Part shown: positions 50,861 through 64,000 of the stretch, one piece after another | Numbering within the stretch: the stretch's first letter is position 1 | Layout of the letters: each line of letters starts with the position of its first letter | Assembly (NCBI GenBank): GCA_951406725.2 | Contig: OX597825.1 | Span: forward strand, 82,708,001-82,772,000 | DNA from: Octopus vulgaris | Taxonomy: Eukaryota | DNA length: 64,000 nt | Direction of reading: 5' to 3' | Made by a program: the position numbers and the translations under genes | The notes under the pieces: model-generated | What the model was told of the DNA's origin: nothing | Seen by the model: only the letters and a program-made list of their open reading frames with translations | Database searches by the model: none

Positions 50861-51913
50861 TTTCAGTACAATACGTTTGTGTGTGTGAGAGTGTGTGTAC
50901 GCGTGTGAGTAAGTCTTCTTAGCAATGGCTTTTCTTGCGTAACGAGGATGCAACTGTATACATACATACATACACACACATATATATATATACGCCCCCA
51001 CACACTCACTTATATATATATAAAAATATATAAATATAAAATGTATATATAAATATATACATACATACATACTTATATAAAAATTCCTGAAACTGATGCG
51101 TCAGTATTAGGAATTCTCGATCAGCACTTATCGGACAATTATGGTTCCTGTTTGTGTATATGGTCCCCTACATGCGCATTAACTACGTCATTAGAGGGGT
51201 TTAGCTCTTATTTCCAGCAAAATAGGTGGTTCCTAACAACCTAGTCACATTTAGTGACACTTGTAATGCTGCTTTTTGGTAGAACATTGCAAACTGCAGT
51301 TTGTATTTAATTTTATATACATACATACGCATGTATGTATGTATGTATGTATGTATGTATGTATGTATGTATGTATGTATGTATGTATGTATGTATGTAT
51401 TTGTATATGTATGTGTGTGTGAGTGTGTGTGCGTGTGCGCACAGACAGGCAATGGGAAGGAAGAAGTAAAGAAGCCTGTACATAAACTTTGAACTGGAAC
51501 ATAATCAATGTGACAGCCAAATCGAGAGAATTAAATAAATATATGAGTTCGTGAAATACTACACACCCTGCTTTGCCTTATAATCGGGGCGATATCTCAA
51601 TTATTTTAAAATCGATAATTAACATTTTGTGCTGAATAAAAAACAAAAACAAAATATATTTGCGCTCTGCTCTTGTTCTACGTTTTCATATGGACATCTA
51701 ATTTGCATGTTTTTTCTCTCCCTGAAACAGGAGATATTCGTATTGTTTTAAGCTGAAGATAGGAAAAGGATGGAGTAACAGTAGAATGGCTACGGATTAC
51801 TTTGTGGTATAGAGTTTCAATCTTTTCGATTTTGATATCGACATATTTCTATGTATAATTATATTTTTTTCTGCTTTCGTTTCTATTTAAATTTCATTTT
51901 TGTGTACTCTCAC

Positions 51914-52134
51914 AACATTGTAACACGAACATCAATATTCGGAAGGAAGCAACGAAATAAAAACCAACAATTTCTTTTTTTTTCTTCTAAATTAAAATAC
52001 CGCAAAACCGTAACGTAAAAATCTTGCTCCTGTAACTGGATGTATTTCTTAGTAGCTATTGGTGGTTGAATATCTATGCTTCCACTCCAGAGCATCTCAA
52101 ATCGTTCGCGTTTCTCTCCTGAGTATGCTTCCAT
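51914..52134 (-). CDS. Exon of the minus-strand gene (possible first coding exon)
   Basis: aaaATGG context; MEAYSGEKRERFEMLWSG...RNCWFLFRCFLPNIDVRVTM; donor TT|gtgaga in phase 2 joins 50408 in frame. Confidence 0.6.
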
Positions 52135-52239
52135 TTTTGAGACAGTAGTATGAAATTTGAGTCGTATTTAGCTTGGTATGTTTTTTTCTAATTGACAATG
52201 ATGGAAAAGGAAAATAGCTATATATGATGGTACATATTG

Positions 52240-52378
52240 ATTTCAAATTTCGGCATGAGGCCAGCAATTTCGGGGGAGTGGTTAGTTGATTATATCAACC
52301 CCAGTTCTCAACTGGTACTTATTTCATCGACTCCGAAACGATGAAGCGTAAACCCGACCCACGCCTGATTTGAACTTA
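52240..52378 (-). mobile_element. Old SINE family A copy
   Basis: Reverse complement: aagttcaaatcaggcg...gcttcatcgtttcggagtcgatgaaataagtaccagttgag. Confidence 0.7.
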
Positions 52379-53229
52379 AGTGTTTGTTATAAGCGCGATT
52401 TTTTTTTATTTCCATGAAATTAAATTTGTTTGCATATACTTAAATTCGATGAAATACATATTTTTGAACATTAGTATTTACCTCATCATCAAGACTTGTG
52501 GCCCTGAGATACGTACTGACGATTCGGAAGGGTTTCTAACATTACAATTGGTTTGGGAGAACTTGCAAAACCTTTGGGAAGATTCTGCAGTTTTCTGCGT
52601 GGGGCAAAGAATCCCTGATATGTATTTCACCTACTAGATCCAAGAAACGTGATATGCTACATGTCCTCATATTACCCAAGGTGAAAGACTTATGCATGCA
52701 GAGTACTCGACTTATGATGAGTAACACTTTAGGAAATGCATGCTTCGATCAATGAAAAGGAAAATCATTAACTATTATTGCTTGGAAGCCGGTAATTAAT
52801 ACAAATATAACATTTATATTAATTTCTGGCTTACAAGCAATAATAGCGATATTCCTGTTCATTATTCGAAGCATAAATTTTCATTAAGTATTCACATTAA
52901 ATCAAGGCCCCTCCTATGAATGAAGAAACTATAGTACTAACCTTAAAAGGTTTTTTTTTTATTTAAGGCAGACGCCCCAGCAAATGATATTTATAAAGGA
53001 ACAGAAATTGCTCATGCATAAATAATTTCCTTCCCTACATTATTGATGTTGCTGGGCAGAAGAATGACAAAACTCGCCCCAGTTTCGCATCACTGTCGTC
53101 GCAAGAAATACCGTCGAAACTAAAACGCATACCTCAAGACTTTTCGTCGGATGCCCTCATAGTGCTGCCGAGTGGTTCGCCAGAAGTTAGAATTAGTAAC
53201 AGGCTTAAGAGATTCTGATTGGTTTTTTT

Positions 53230-53404
53230 GTCTGCCGCTACGTTCTGAGTTCAAATTCCGCCGATGTCGACTGTGCCTTTCATCCTTTCGGGGTCGATAA
53301 ATTGAGTACCAGTTACGCACTGGAGTCGATGTAATCGACTTAATCCGTTTGTCTGTCCTTGTTTGTCCCCTCAGTGTTTAACCCCTTGTGGGCAATAAAG
53401 AAAT
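53230..53404 (+). mobile_element. SINE family A, 5'-truncated
   Basis: gtctgccgctacgttctgagttcaaattcc...ccccttgtgggcaataaagaaata. Confidence 0.9.
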
Positions 53405-54685
53405 AAAAAGTAGTGTGAAATACTACTCAAATAGGATACAATCATCTTAGAAAAAGTATTTATATATCTGAAAATATGATCGCGGTGTTTTAGGCTTAGA
53501 AGAAGTTTAATCACATGATCTCTCGACGATAGCTGAGCCGGAGCCAAACAATAATAAAAACAACAAGAACACACATGCAACAAGATGTCGACGAACCATT
53601 GCTATATTCAACGATATCTCCCAAAGCATTGTCCATTAAATATTATGCAAATATAACACGTTTAACAGCCAGATCGCTCTACAAGATTATATTTCGATGA
53701 CCGATGTAACCAACATTCTGAAGTCTTTTCTAAGCATGCCGTTTTATAATAATGCATGAATATCACCACACATTTTTACAGCAGTTCTCATAAAACCAGC
53801 TAAATCTAGAGTTAGTTTCATCTTAATGCCAGACATCTATTTAGCTATAGCTCTGCATTATACTATATTACGTATAATTAAATTGATTCTGTCAATATCA
53901 AAAATAAATAACCAGCATATCCTTATTGCAAGAGCAGATAACTATTTAAAAATACTATGATACAATAGTCAACCAGTTTCTGAAAGATATGAAACAAAAA
54001 AAAAAATGAAGAAAAAAAAAAGAAAACAGACTTCACATCAGTTCAACCATTAGCTAAATGGGTTATAAATGAAAATTGCTAACATCGCTGCTTTGATAGA
54101 AATGAAATCATTACTCCATTACTTTCCATTCAGAGTTCTTCTGATAGCAATACGCACACATTGTTCATATCGATTGCAGTAAATTTCATTTTCGTTCTAT
54201 ATTTACTAAAGAAATTAGTACAGTGAAATAAACCATCCGATGTTTTTACTATTTCCTGCTACTTATTATTATACAAAACCATGAAAACCGAACAATAAGA
54301 ATGCGTGAAATATAATGAATTAGTTTTAGATACGTGCCATGGGTAATAGTTAACTCTTTCTGTTCAGGACAACCGATACTGAAATGTAAAACCGAATGCG
54401 GTTGCACCATTTTCAGAAATTCAATTTATTTCTTCCACTTTTAATTATGTTTCATCTGCCTTTATATCGTTTAATCAAACAGAGGAAACTGTCAAAATGT
54501 GTTCGTCTGTTAAATATGTCTACCAGATGCAATCTTGTAATAAGAGTCAGTGCAGTATTTAGTACAACTTGTATTCGTACACACAAATATCTGTGTCTGT
54601 GTATGTGTGTGTCTGTATATGTGTGTGTATGTTTCTGTATATGTGTCTGTATCTAAATATATATTTCTATTCTTTTTTTTTTCAG

Positions 54686-54753
54686 GATAAACTTGATAAC
54701 AACTGGAACAAGCCAATCCCGTGGACAGCCCACACAGCAGCTTCTTTAAAATG
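54686..54753 (+). CDS. Candidate plus-strand exon
   Basis: Strong acceptor tctttttttttttcag|, donor TG|gtaatg; only one frame is open (DKLDNNWNKPIPWTAHTAASLKW). Confidence 0.35.
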
Positions 54754-55013
54754 GTAATGATTTGTGTAGGAGATTTCATATTTTATGTTACTGTTGATAA
54801 TAATAGTTGGTGTAAGTATACTATCAGACAGACGAGGAAGAAAATTCCTCAATTGGATTACTTGGTGACTCTCGTGAGCAATTCCGTCTGTCCATCGGTC
54901 TTATTTCTCATTCCACATTTTGTCAAATAATCATCTTCCTCACCAGGCAATCACCGACGGCCGGATACACGATACTGGGTCACATGTTACCAGAAGCACT
55001 CGAGAATGACCCG

Positions 55014-55060
<47 letters not shown>

Positions 55061-55714
55061 ACCGATCTACTTTGTGAAATTATTAATTAATTGATTGATT
55101 AATTAATTAATTTGATTACTATATTTTACCCTTTTATTATTAATTTAAAATTATCTATCTATTTGTATAGATTAATTGATTGATTGATTGATTGAGAGAT
55201 AATGAAAAATCGAAAGAAAGACTATCTTTATTCAAACTCGCTACAGCTGTTTCAACGTAATATAATTTTACACCTGTACTCATTGGTGAGTTGTTGCATA
55301 ATCATTACAATACCTGCAAGAAGTAACACGCACTGTATCAGGTAATTAATTGTTTAATAAGTCCTTCATTGCACGGAGTGAAATGGTGATAGGATCTAAG
55401 GAAGGATTTATTTAAACACTCTCTAGCAGATCAGTATTTTGCACCTCAGATGTATGATAATAATTACAGGTAATCTCACATATGTAATAAAAGTGTGAAA
55501 ATGTGTTGAAACAATTGTAGTGATTCGAAGTGAAGAACGTCGCTCATTCTCTTTTCTGTCATGTAAATACTACGGATAGAATGGTGATTCCTGATGCATA
55601 TACGGGAGCAGGCCCATTTCCAGTCTGTGTTGAATAAGTAGCGAATAACAGTGCACAAACATTGCATAGCATTCTACATGATTTTTACCAGAATATTATT
55701 TTACGTATACACGT

Positions 55715-56372
55715 ATGTACACACATACATACATACATGCATACATACATACATGGATGCATGCATACATACATACATACCTACATACATACATACCTAC
55801 ATACCCACATACATACCTACATACATACATACATACATACATAGATACATACATACATACATAGATACATACATACATACATAAATACATACATACATAC
55901 CTACATACATACCTACCTACCTACATACATACATAATACATACATACGTACATACATACATACCTACATACATACATACATGCCTACATACATACATACG
56001 TACATATATACATACATACATACATACATATATGCATACATACACACAGACATACATACATGCATACATGCATACATAAATACATACATACATATATACA
56101 TACATACCTACCTACCTACCTACCTACATACATACATACATACATAACTACATACATACATACCTACATACATACCTACCTACATACATACATACATACA
56201 TACATACATACATACATGCCTACATAAATACATACATACATACATACATACATACATACATACATACATACATACATACATGCCTACATAAATACATACA
56301 TACATACATACATACATACATACATGCCTACATAAATACATACATACATACATACATACATACATACATACG
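55715..56372. repeat. (TACA)n/(TACC)n microsatellite
   Basis: Directly visible. Confidence 0.95.
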
Positions 56373-56375
56373 TAC

Positions 56376-56485
56376 AATTGTTTCACTCTCGCGGAAAGCA
56401 CCAATGATATTCTTGTCGAACGAATGTAAACTTCTTTAGGCAAGAAAATCGAAATGGTTTCTCAATTTCTGAAGCATTCTTTGGA
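56376..56485 (-). pseudogene. Duplicate of exon 58075-58206 with a 1-bp frameshift
   Basis: PKNASEIEKPFRF/LPKEVYIRSTRISLVLSARVKQ TT|gtacgt; one T missing in a T-run relative to the 58.1-kb copy. Confidence 0.55.
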
Positions 56486-56879
56486 CATACAATGCATACA
56501 AAGATATCCTGTTGTTGATGTTGAAATTCAAATGAAGGGGCCTTGGATCTAGGTTAGAAACTGGTTCTTTCTCTGCTGGCAAGAAGTGTTGAAATAAGCT
56601 GAATAATGGCATACATACATAGATACATACATACATACACACATACATGCATACGTATATATATACATACACACATACATACATACATGGACTTCTCCCA
56701 TCCTTATACGATGTATGATGGCTCGACAATTTCTTGCTGAACAACCACACTGATTATTTCTTAATAGTGATTAAATGCTAGTGTTCTCATAAGCTCACTC
56801 CCTCCATCAAATAGACATCACCTGTACAGGTGCAACTGGGTGTCACAAATCAGATGACAAAATGATAACAGAGAAACGT

Positions 56880-56990
56880 GAAATGAAGAAGTGCTTTGGT
56901 CAAGAACAAAACGCAGCTCCCGGTCTGGGAAACGGACCCACGATCTCGCAATCGTCAGTACAACACCTTAACCACTAAGCCATGCCCCCA
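56880..56990 (-). mobile_element. Old SINE head (family C-like)
   Basis: Reverse complement: ggcatggcttagtggttaaggtgttg...gagatcgtgggtccgtttcccagaccggg. Confidence 0.6.
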
Positions 56991-57010
56991 TATATATATA
57001 CATACATATA

Positions 57011-57136
<126 letters not shown>

Positions 57137-57150
57137 CGTGTGTGTGTGTG

Positions 57151-57322
57151 ACGCAGTAGTGGCTGTGTGGTAAGTATCTTGCTTACCAACCACATGGTTC
57201 CGGGTTCAGTCCCACAGCGCGGCACCTTGGGCAAGTGTCTTCTACTATAGCCTCGGGCCGACCAATGCCTTGTGAGTGGATTTAGTAGACGGAAACTGAA
57301 AGAAGCCCGTCGTATATATGTA

Positions 57323-57355
<33 letters not shown>

Positions 57356-57562
57356 TTGTCACCCTAGCATTGCTTGACAACCGATGTTGGTCTGTTTATG
57401 TCCACGTTACTTAGCGGTTCGGCAAAAGAGACCGATAGAATAAGTACTGGGCTTAAAAAAGAATAAGTCCCGGGGTCGAGTTGCTCGATTGAAGGCGGTG
57501 CTCCAACATGGCCGCAGTCAAATGACTGAAACAAGTAAAAGAGTAAACGAGAGAGTAAAGAG

Positions 57563-57563
<1 letters not shown>
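57151..57563 (+). mobile_element. SINE family B, full length
   Basis: Highly similar to 12012-12414 over its whole length. Confidence 0.92.
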
Positions 57564-57623
<60 letters not shown>

Positions 57624-57667
57624 CATAATCTAAATTAATATATATATAATATATATGGTTAATATAT

Positions 57668-57719
<52 letters not shown>

Positions 57720-57770
57720 CTAAATTATTATATAATATATATGCATAATCTATCTGCCTATCTATATGTG

Positions 57771-57809
<39 letters not shown>

Positions 57810-57890
57810 GTATACACATATATATATATGTATGTATATACATACACACGCACGTATGTACTTTGCAAATGTCTTAATTGCATAAGTTAC

Positions 57891-57966
57891 CTGCCTTAAA
57901 TGTGACGTTCCTTGTGTATCTACCTGGCCACCTTTGCAGAATACCATTTAATTGAATTGGTTTCGT
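57891..57966 (-). CDS. Candidate exon (76 nt, phase 0-1)
   Basis: tttgttttttttcag| [26 protein letters not shown]|gtaact. Confidence 0.4.
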
Positions 57967-58074
57967 CTGAAAAAAAAACAAAAATACAAAGATGCATATG
58001 TTTAATAACGTTCAAATGCTTCGCCGTTCATTTAATTACAGAAATTACATTTTTACGAATGAAATCATAACTAC

Positions 58075-58206
58075 AATTGTTCGACTTTAACGGAAGGCAT
58101 CAACAATATTTTTGCCGAACGAATGTAAACTTGTTTAGGTAAGAAAAATCGAAATGGTTTCTCACTTTCTGAAGCACTCTTTGGAAAGTGGTCCAAGCAA
58201 TTGTCT
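58075..58206 (-). CDS. Candidate exon (132 nt, phase 2-2), related to the minus-strand gene motif
   Basis: atattgctacag| DNCLDHFPKSASESEKPFRFFLPKQVYIRSAKILLMPSVKVEQ TT|gtagtt; FRFFLP...IRSAKILL resembles FRCFLP...IRGLRILL. Confidence 0.5.
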
Positions 58207-58654
58207 CTGTAGCAATATTTAATGAATATTTATTCTGTTACGTGTAAACAATGCTAACTATGTGGAAAGAATTTTCTGCAGTAAATAAACATTAAGTTTA
58301 GTTATTAATCACTGAATGTTTGAAAATTATTAAAAAAAATTTTTTCTTTCTAATATTATTTCAAGTATTGTACTATAGCAAAAAGCCATTTTTATTGAAT
58401 TTTATTATAATTCTTGAATGAATTGAAAACATAAAGAATTTTGTTATTTCGTCTGAAAATTCTTTTTAGAATTTGTTAATTATTAGAATGTTTTTTATTT
58501 TGCATTTTATTCACTTGGAAGATAACATCTAAAGTGTCAAATAAGCTTTCTCAAATTAGCTGACTCTACCTATTATAGAACGGAGCTGATCGAACACCTC
58601 ACGAGCGATATTTCTTAAAATTTCTCCCTACAGCGTGGGGTTCGTTCATGATAC

Positions 58655-58935
58655 TGTTGTTGTTGTTGTTGTTAAGCAACAAGACGGGTAAGGGTGATAA
58701 GGTGATGGTCTAGGGCTAAGGGGCGGGGACCCCAGACCTTGGAAAGAAAAACTTTGGTCTTGTTGTAGTCGAGGGCTCTTCGTTGACGCCCGACACCACT
58801 AGGAGGTGGCCTTCGAAGTCGCTGGAAATGGAGATCTCCAAGACCAAATTGTTGGACGGCTTCATGATCCTGTGTGGCAGCCTTAACCCACCGGCTACAG
58901 TTCAGTCCACTGCTGCCATTTGGGTCCGACCTCTG
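58655..58935 (-). mobile_element. Unclassified GC-rich retroelement 3' fragment with (AAC)n tail
   Basis: GC-rich island in AT-rich DNA ending in aacaacaacaac on the minus strand. Confidence 0.35.
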
Positions 58936-59064
58936 TTTATGAATATGCCTCTGTGCATGCATAAATCTGTATAAATGTGTATGTGTGTATTCATAAAAGG
59001 ATTTTTAGTGATGAGTATAGAATACAATGTTTGAAGAAATAGTATATTCTTTTTATTTATTTAT

Positions 59065-59360
59065 GCGCCCTTTTCAAGCCTAGCCAGGCTCATGGCACCG
59101 GTTTCCCGGCATCTATGGCGTATGTGTTCCCTGCAGCTGGACGGGACGCCAGTCCATCGCAGCGTTACTCAAGAAACAGGAAGAAAGAGTGAGAGAAAGT
59201 TGGGGAGAAAGAGTATAACAGGGTCGCTATCACCCGTTGCCAGAGCCTCGTGGAGCTTTTGTGTTTTCGCTCAATAAAAACACAACGCTCGGTCTAGGAA
59301 TCGAAACCGCAATCCTCCGACCGCGAGAGCGCTGCCCTAAACACTGGGCCATTGCGCCCC
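59065..59360 (-). mobile_element. SINE family C, full length (tail type 1)
   Basis: ggcgcaatggcccagtgtttagggcagcg...ggtttcgattcc...gctgcgatggactggcgtcccgtccagctg...gcctggctaggcttgaaaagggcg. Confidence 0.9.
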
Positions 59361-59468
59361 CTGAAGAAATGGAATATCAATGTAAATTTACGTGCATCTG
59401 CTTTATGACGAAACTGTACAGACCTTCGTATGTATTGCATAATGTTCACACGCATTGCATAATTTCAC

Positions 59469-59573
59469 CTTTTCCATAAACAAATCCCACCATAACACTT
59501 GTTGTATAATGTCTAATCTGTGGACAGTTTCTTCGCGACAGAAATATCAGTGGAAAATGGCATTTTGTCTTCA
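59469..59573 (-). CDS. Candidate exon (105 nt, phase 1-1)
   Basis: gtgtttaattacag| KTKCHFPLIFLSRRNCPQIRHYTTSVMVGFVYGK G|gtgaaa. Confidence 0.3.
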
Positions 59574-59774
59574 CTGTAATTAAACACCAATATCGATTCG
59601 ACAGAATAACTACATGACAATTTTTTTTTTGTTCTGCGAAGTATTTCTTAATAATGATTGCAGAAGCATGAACCATAAGCGAACCATAATTGTATCACTC
59701 ATAAAAGGAATTCTTAATTTTAATTATATATGCATGCATGTATATAGATATATATATATGTGTGCGTTTTTGTG

Positions 59775-59845
<71 letters not shown>

Positions 59846-59896
59846 CAATAAGCGTGCGTTTATATAAACTTGCGATTATATCTATTTATCTATCTA

Positions 59897-59939
<43 letters not shown>

Positions 59940-59965
59940 ACATATATGTGTATATATATGTATAT

Positions 59966-60100
<135 letters not shown>

Positions 60101-60187
60101 CACGATATATAGATTCAAGTAATCCGGAAGTATTCCTAAATGCTTCTTAGTTTGTCATAGCATGGACTGTATACAATATATATAATT

Positions 60188-60236
<49 letters not shown>

Positions 60237-60717
60237 CGTATGCATGTATACGTATTTATATAATTAGCTCTCTGTGTTCCTCTCTGTCTGTATTTCTCTC
60301 TCTCTCTATCTAATATGTGTATCTCTCTATCTAATTTATAGTTATATATATATATATATGTGGCGTGTATATGTGTGTGTGAGTGTGTGTGAGTATACTT
60401 TCATTTCAGATATGTATTCATTGAAATATGCATTCTCACCTAATTTCTTGCAATTTACGACCATAACCAAATAAGCTTCGCCTACGAAGATTATTATGAT
60501 CAAAATATGAGAAGAATCTGCTCTCTTATAGACATTTACTTTATATCTTCGTTTTTTGTTCTTCCGATGCTATAAGCGGGTCTAAGTCTATTATTAATGC
60601 TTTCGGCATAATGTATGCTGACTCCACCTTAGCTATTGTTTCCTCATACAGACACCGTCTCAGAATAATAAACGTTATTGAATTATTCATGTTCATCATG
60701 CATATACATATATACAA

Positions 60718-60752
<35 letters not shown>

Positions 60753-60820
60753 CACACGGGGGCACACACATATAAATGTATAAGCGTGTGCATATGTGTG
60801 TGCATGTGTATGTGTGAGTG

Positions 60821-60852
<32 letters not shown>

Positions 60853-61309
60853 CTATCGAATGACCATCTATGCAGATACATATCACAAATTTATGTTGCA
60901 TTTTATTTGGTATACATATATATCGCTATATATCCATGCACGCACTCAAGTAGATACATGCATGCACATACAGAGGCACACACACACACACGCTCACACA
61001 CACACGCTCACACACACACGCTCATACAAATGCAGAAATGCGCAGACATATCCGGAAAAAATAAAATTTCGACTAATGATTTTCAGTGAAAACCAATTTG
61101 ATAATAAATTTCTCCCTTTCTCAGAATCGAATCTTCCCATTATTTCCTGCTGTGTCACCATACAGAATGTAGCAGCAACTAAAATGATAAACTTAATTTA
61201 ACATACATCTATTACATACATTGTAAGTGACATGGCTGCCCATGTAGCTTGTATCATCTGAATAAAGCAACTCTTGCACTTTCCTACATGTTTTACATAT
61301 GTACGTGTG

Positions 61310-61310
61310 C

Positions 61311-61355
<45 letters not shown>

Positions 61356-61583
61356 CTGCCTTCGTATTTTGTTTACTTTCGTAAACCTTCCCGTTATATA
61401 TATATACATATATATATACATATATATATATATATATGTATATATATTTATGTGTATATATATTATATATTTATATATTTATGTATATATATATGTATAT
61501 ATATATATTTATGTATGTATATATATATATATATATATACATATATATACATATGTTTATGTATATATATATATATATATATT

Positions 61584-61622
<39 letters not shown>

Positions 61623-61625
61623 CTA

Positions 61626-61700
<75 letters not shown>
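61310..61700. repeat. (TA)n-rich tract
   Basis: Directly visible. Confidence 0.9.
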
Positions 61701-61701
<1 letters not shown>

Positions 61702-62764
61702 GTGCGTATGTGTATGTGTCTGCGTGAGTGTAAACAAAAATTTCTAGCCTACGTTGCAATGCAATTTGCGTTCTTCTTTCTTTATTTACAACACAAAACA
61801 GCTTGTAAAAGAAGATATACAAGCCATTATATATCCACACTCTGTAGAATAACTGAAAATATTTTCAATGCATCTTGTTAACGGTTTCACTCCTATCTTT
61901 TCCGGAAATAAAATCTTTTTCTTGTTTCCTCAAGCAATTTCTAATTAATTAAAGTTATTTTTTTTTTCAATTCTTGCCGGAAAACACGTTCTGATGTTTT
62001 ACCTAATCGATAAATTGTTAATTAATTATTACTCTTTATTTAACTGAAATGAAGAATTTTGTTAACTTTGGTATTTTTCTAAATGAGAACATGGTACGTC
62101 TTTGCGGTTTGCATTCATTTTACAGTTCTGTGTTTCCGAGTTTTCTCACATTGCGAAGTAACGTGAGATGACAGTCAAGTTCAGGAAGCCACATAGTTAA
62201 GATTGCATTTTCCCTGCGTGATTTCTAGCCCCATTCCATGTGATCAAAAACGAAGACCTCATACTTTAAAGAGTGGATGAATTCTTGAAGATCAGCAGAT
62301 TTTAAATTAAATAATGTATCCCTGAGTGTTCGTCTTCTTACTGCATCAGCATTATTACAATAGAGTATTTACCGTTTCACCATATTAATAATTTTAAAGT
62401 GCATTGACTAGTGTGTGGAGTGTTCCGTTCCTCATCATCAGCGACTTCAGGTTCTAGAGTGTGTGGGTCGTTGTCACTTTGACAAAAGTAAACCTTTGCA
62501 TAGTGCGATCTCTTTAAGATAAAATTGGAAAATATTAGTCTTGGGTTTCAAGGCTCTCATTCATATATTTTCAAAACTTACTTCTCTTAAAAAGCTCGCC
62601 CACCATCATTTGCAACAAGGGGGTGAAAAGAAAAAAAAATCTTGGAAGATCCTCGTCAAAACGGAATAAATTCAACATATAAGGGTAAGGATTTTCCTGA
62701 AGAATCGCCAAGTGATATAATAGGGAAAATTGCTCGACAACGTCAGGGTATTCAGTGTGGGGGT

Positions 62765-62960
62765 ATCTGTGCTTGTCGCTCCGCCATCGCTTGACAATCG
62801 ATGTTGGTGTCTTTACGTTCCCCGAAACTTAAGGGTTCGGCAAAGAGGACCGATACAATACGTACTCGACTTACAAAGAATGAGTTCTGGGGTCGATTTG
62901 TTCGACTAAAGGTGGTGCTCCAGCATTGCCGCAGTCACATGACTGAAATATTAAAGAATA
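62765..62960 (+). mobile_element. SINE family B, 3' half
   Basis: gcttgacaatcgatgttggtgt...ggtggtgctccagcattgccgcagtcacatgactgaaa. Confidence 0.8.
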
Positions 62961-63129
62961 AAATAATTTATGTATATATGTATAAAAGGCAAATAAGTAA
63001 CAATGATGCCCAGGTGTGCATTGGTACCTGGATATCCTTGTTACTTATTTGCTTTTTATTCACTAACTTCGAGCTGAGTGGACTTTACCGAACTGGGTTG
63101 GTACCTCAATTTAAGTAACTAATTCAACT

Positions 63130-63378
63130 GTATGTATGTATGTATGTATGTATGTATGTATGTATGTATGTATGTATGTATGTATGTATGTATGTATGTA
63201 TGTATGTATGTATGTATGTATGTGTGTGTATGTATGTATGTATATGTATGTGTATGTATGTATGTGTGTGTATGTATGTATGTATGTATGTATGTGTGTA
63301 TGTATGTATGTATGTGTGTATGTATGTATGTATGTATGTGTGTATGTATGTATGTATGTATGTATGTGTGTATGTATG

Positions 63379-63410
<32 letters not shown>

Positions 63411-63505
63411 TGTATGTATGTATGTATGTATATGTATGTATGTATGTATGTATGTATGCATGTGTGTATGTGTGTATGTATGTATGTATGTATGCATGCA
63501 TGCAT
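63130..63505. repeat. (TATG)n microsatellite
   Basis: Directly visible. Confidence 0.97.
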
Positions 63506-63507
63506 GC

Positions 63508-63711
63508 TACCCACAAGGGGCTAAACATAGAGGGGACAAACAAGGACAGACAAAGGGATTAAGTCGATTATATCGATCCCAGTGCGTAACTGGTACTTTA
63601 TTTATCGACCCCGAAATTTGAAGTCGGCGGAATTTGAACTCGGAACGTAACGACAGACGAAATACGGCTGCGCATTTCGCCCGGCGTGCTAACGTTTCTG
63701 CCAGCTCGCCT
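63508..63711 (-). mobile_element. SINE family A with internal deletion
   Basis: Reverse complement: aggcgagctggcagaaacgttagcacgccgggcgaaatgc...tttagccccttgtgggtag. Confidence 0.9.
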
Positions 63712-63836
63712 TATATGTGTGTGTATATATAAATCTATATATATACACACAAACATATCTGCCGATGTAGATTCCGTTGTTCTATTTCAGAAGTTGACTG
63801 TTCATAAATGAACAGACGTCGGTTCTGCACAGCAGT

Positions 63837-63947
63837 CCGATAGAATAAGTACTAGGCTTACAAAGAATAAGTCCTGGGATTGATTTGTTCGACTAAAGGC
63901 GGTGTTCTAGCATGGCCGCAGTCAAATGACTGAAACAAATAAAAGAA
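63837..63947 (+). mobile_element. SINE family B tail
   Basis: ccgatagaataagtactagg...ggcggtgttctagcatggccgcagtcaaatgactgaaac. Confidence 0.85.
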
Positions 63948-64000
63948 AGGATATCTATATATATCTATCTATCCTTCTATCCATGTATCCATCTATCGAC

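Overview
AT-rich eukaryotic (animal) genomic DNA, crowded with (TA)n, (TACA)n, (ATT)n, (GAT)n and (CA)n microsatellites and with interspersed repeats. The SINE families and microsatellite density point to an octopod cephalopod (Octopus sp.); this is an inference, not a database result. Nearly all ORFs in the supplied track are low-complexity microsatellite translations. Supported content: three tRNA-derived SINE families; a CR1/L2-group LINE that shares its 3' tail with one of them; relics of RTE and R4/Dong-like LINEs; Tc1 (DD36E), pogo (DD35D) and mariner transposase relics; Tc1/mariner and hAT MITEs; and a non-autonomous Helitron. There is also a probable multi-exon minus-strand gene of unrecognised family (best exons between about 36.3 and 58.2 kb, mostly symmetric phase 2). 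The most notable hidden signal is a set of minimal Penelope-type type I hammerhead ribozyme motifs in short repeats next to (TA)n/(AAT)n tracts. They show three versions of the catalytic 3-8 pair (C3-G8, U3-A8 and a fully paired G3-C8 copy at 46460-46509), and one family joins a tRNA/Pol III head to the hammerhead. Several ~200-bp fold-back duplications and short locally templated copies are also present. All alignments, translations and folds were done by eye.
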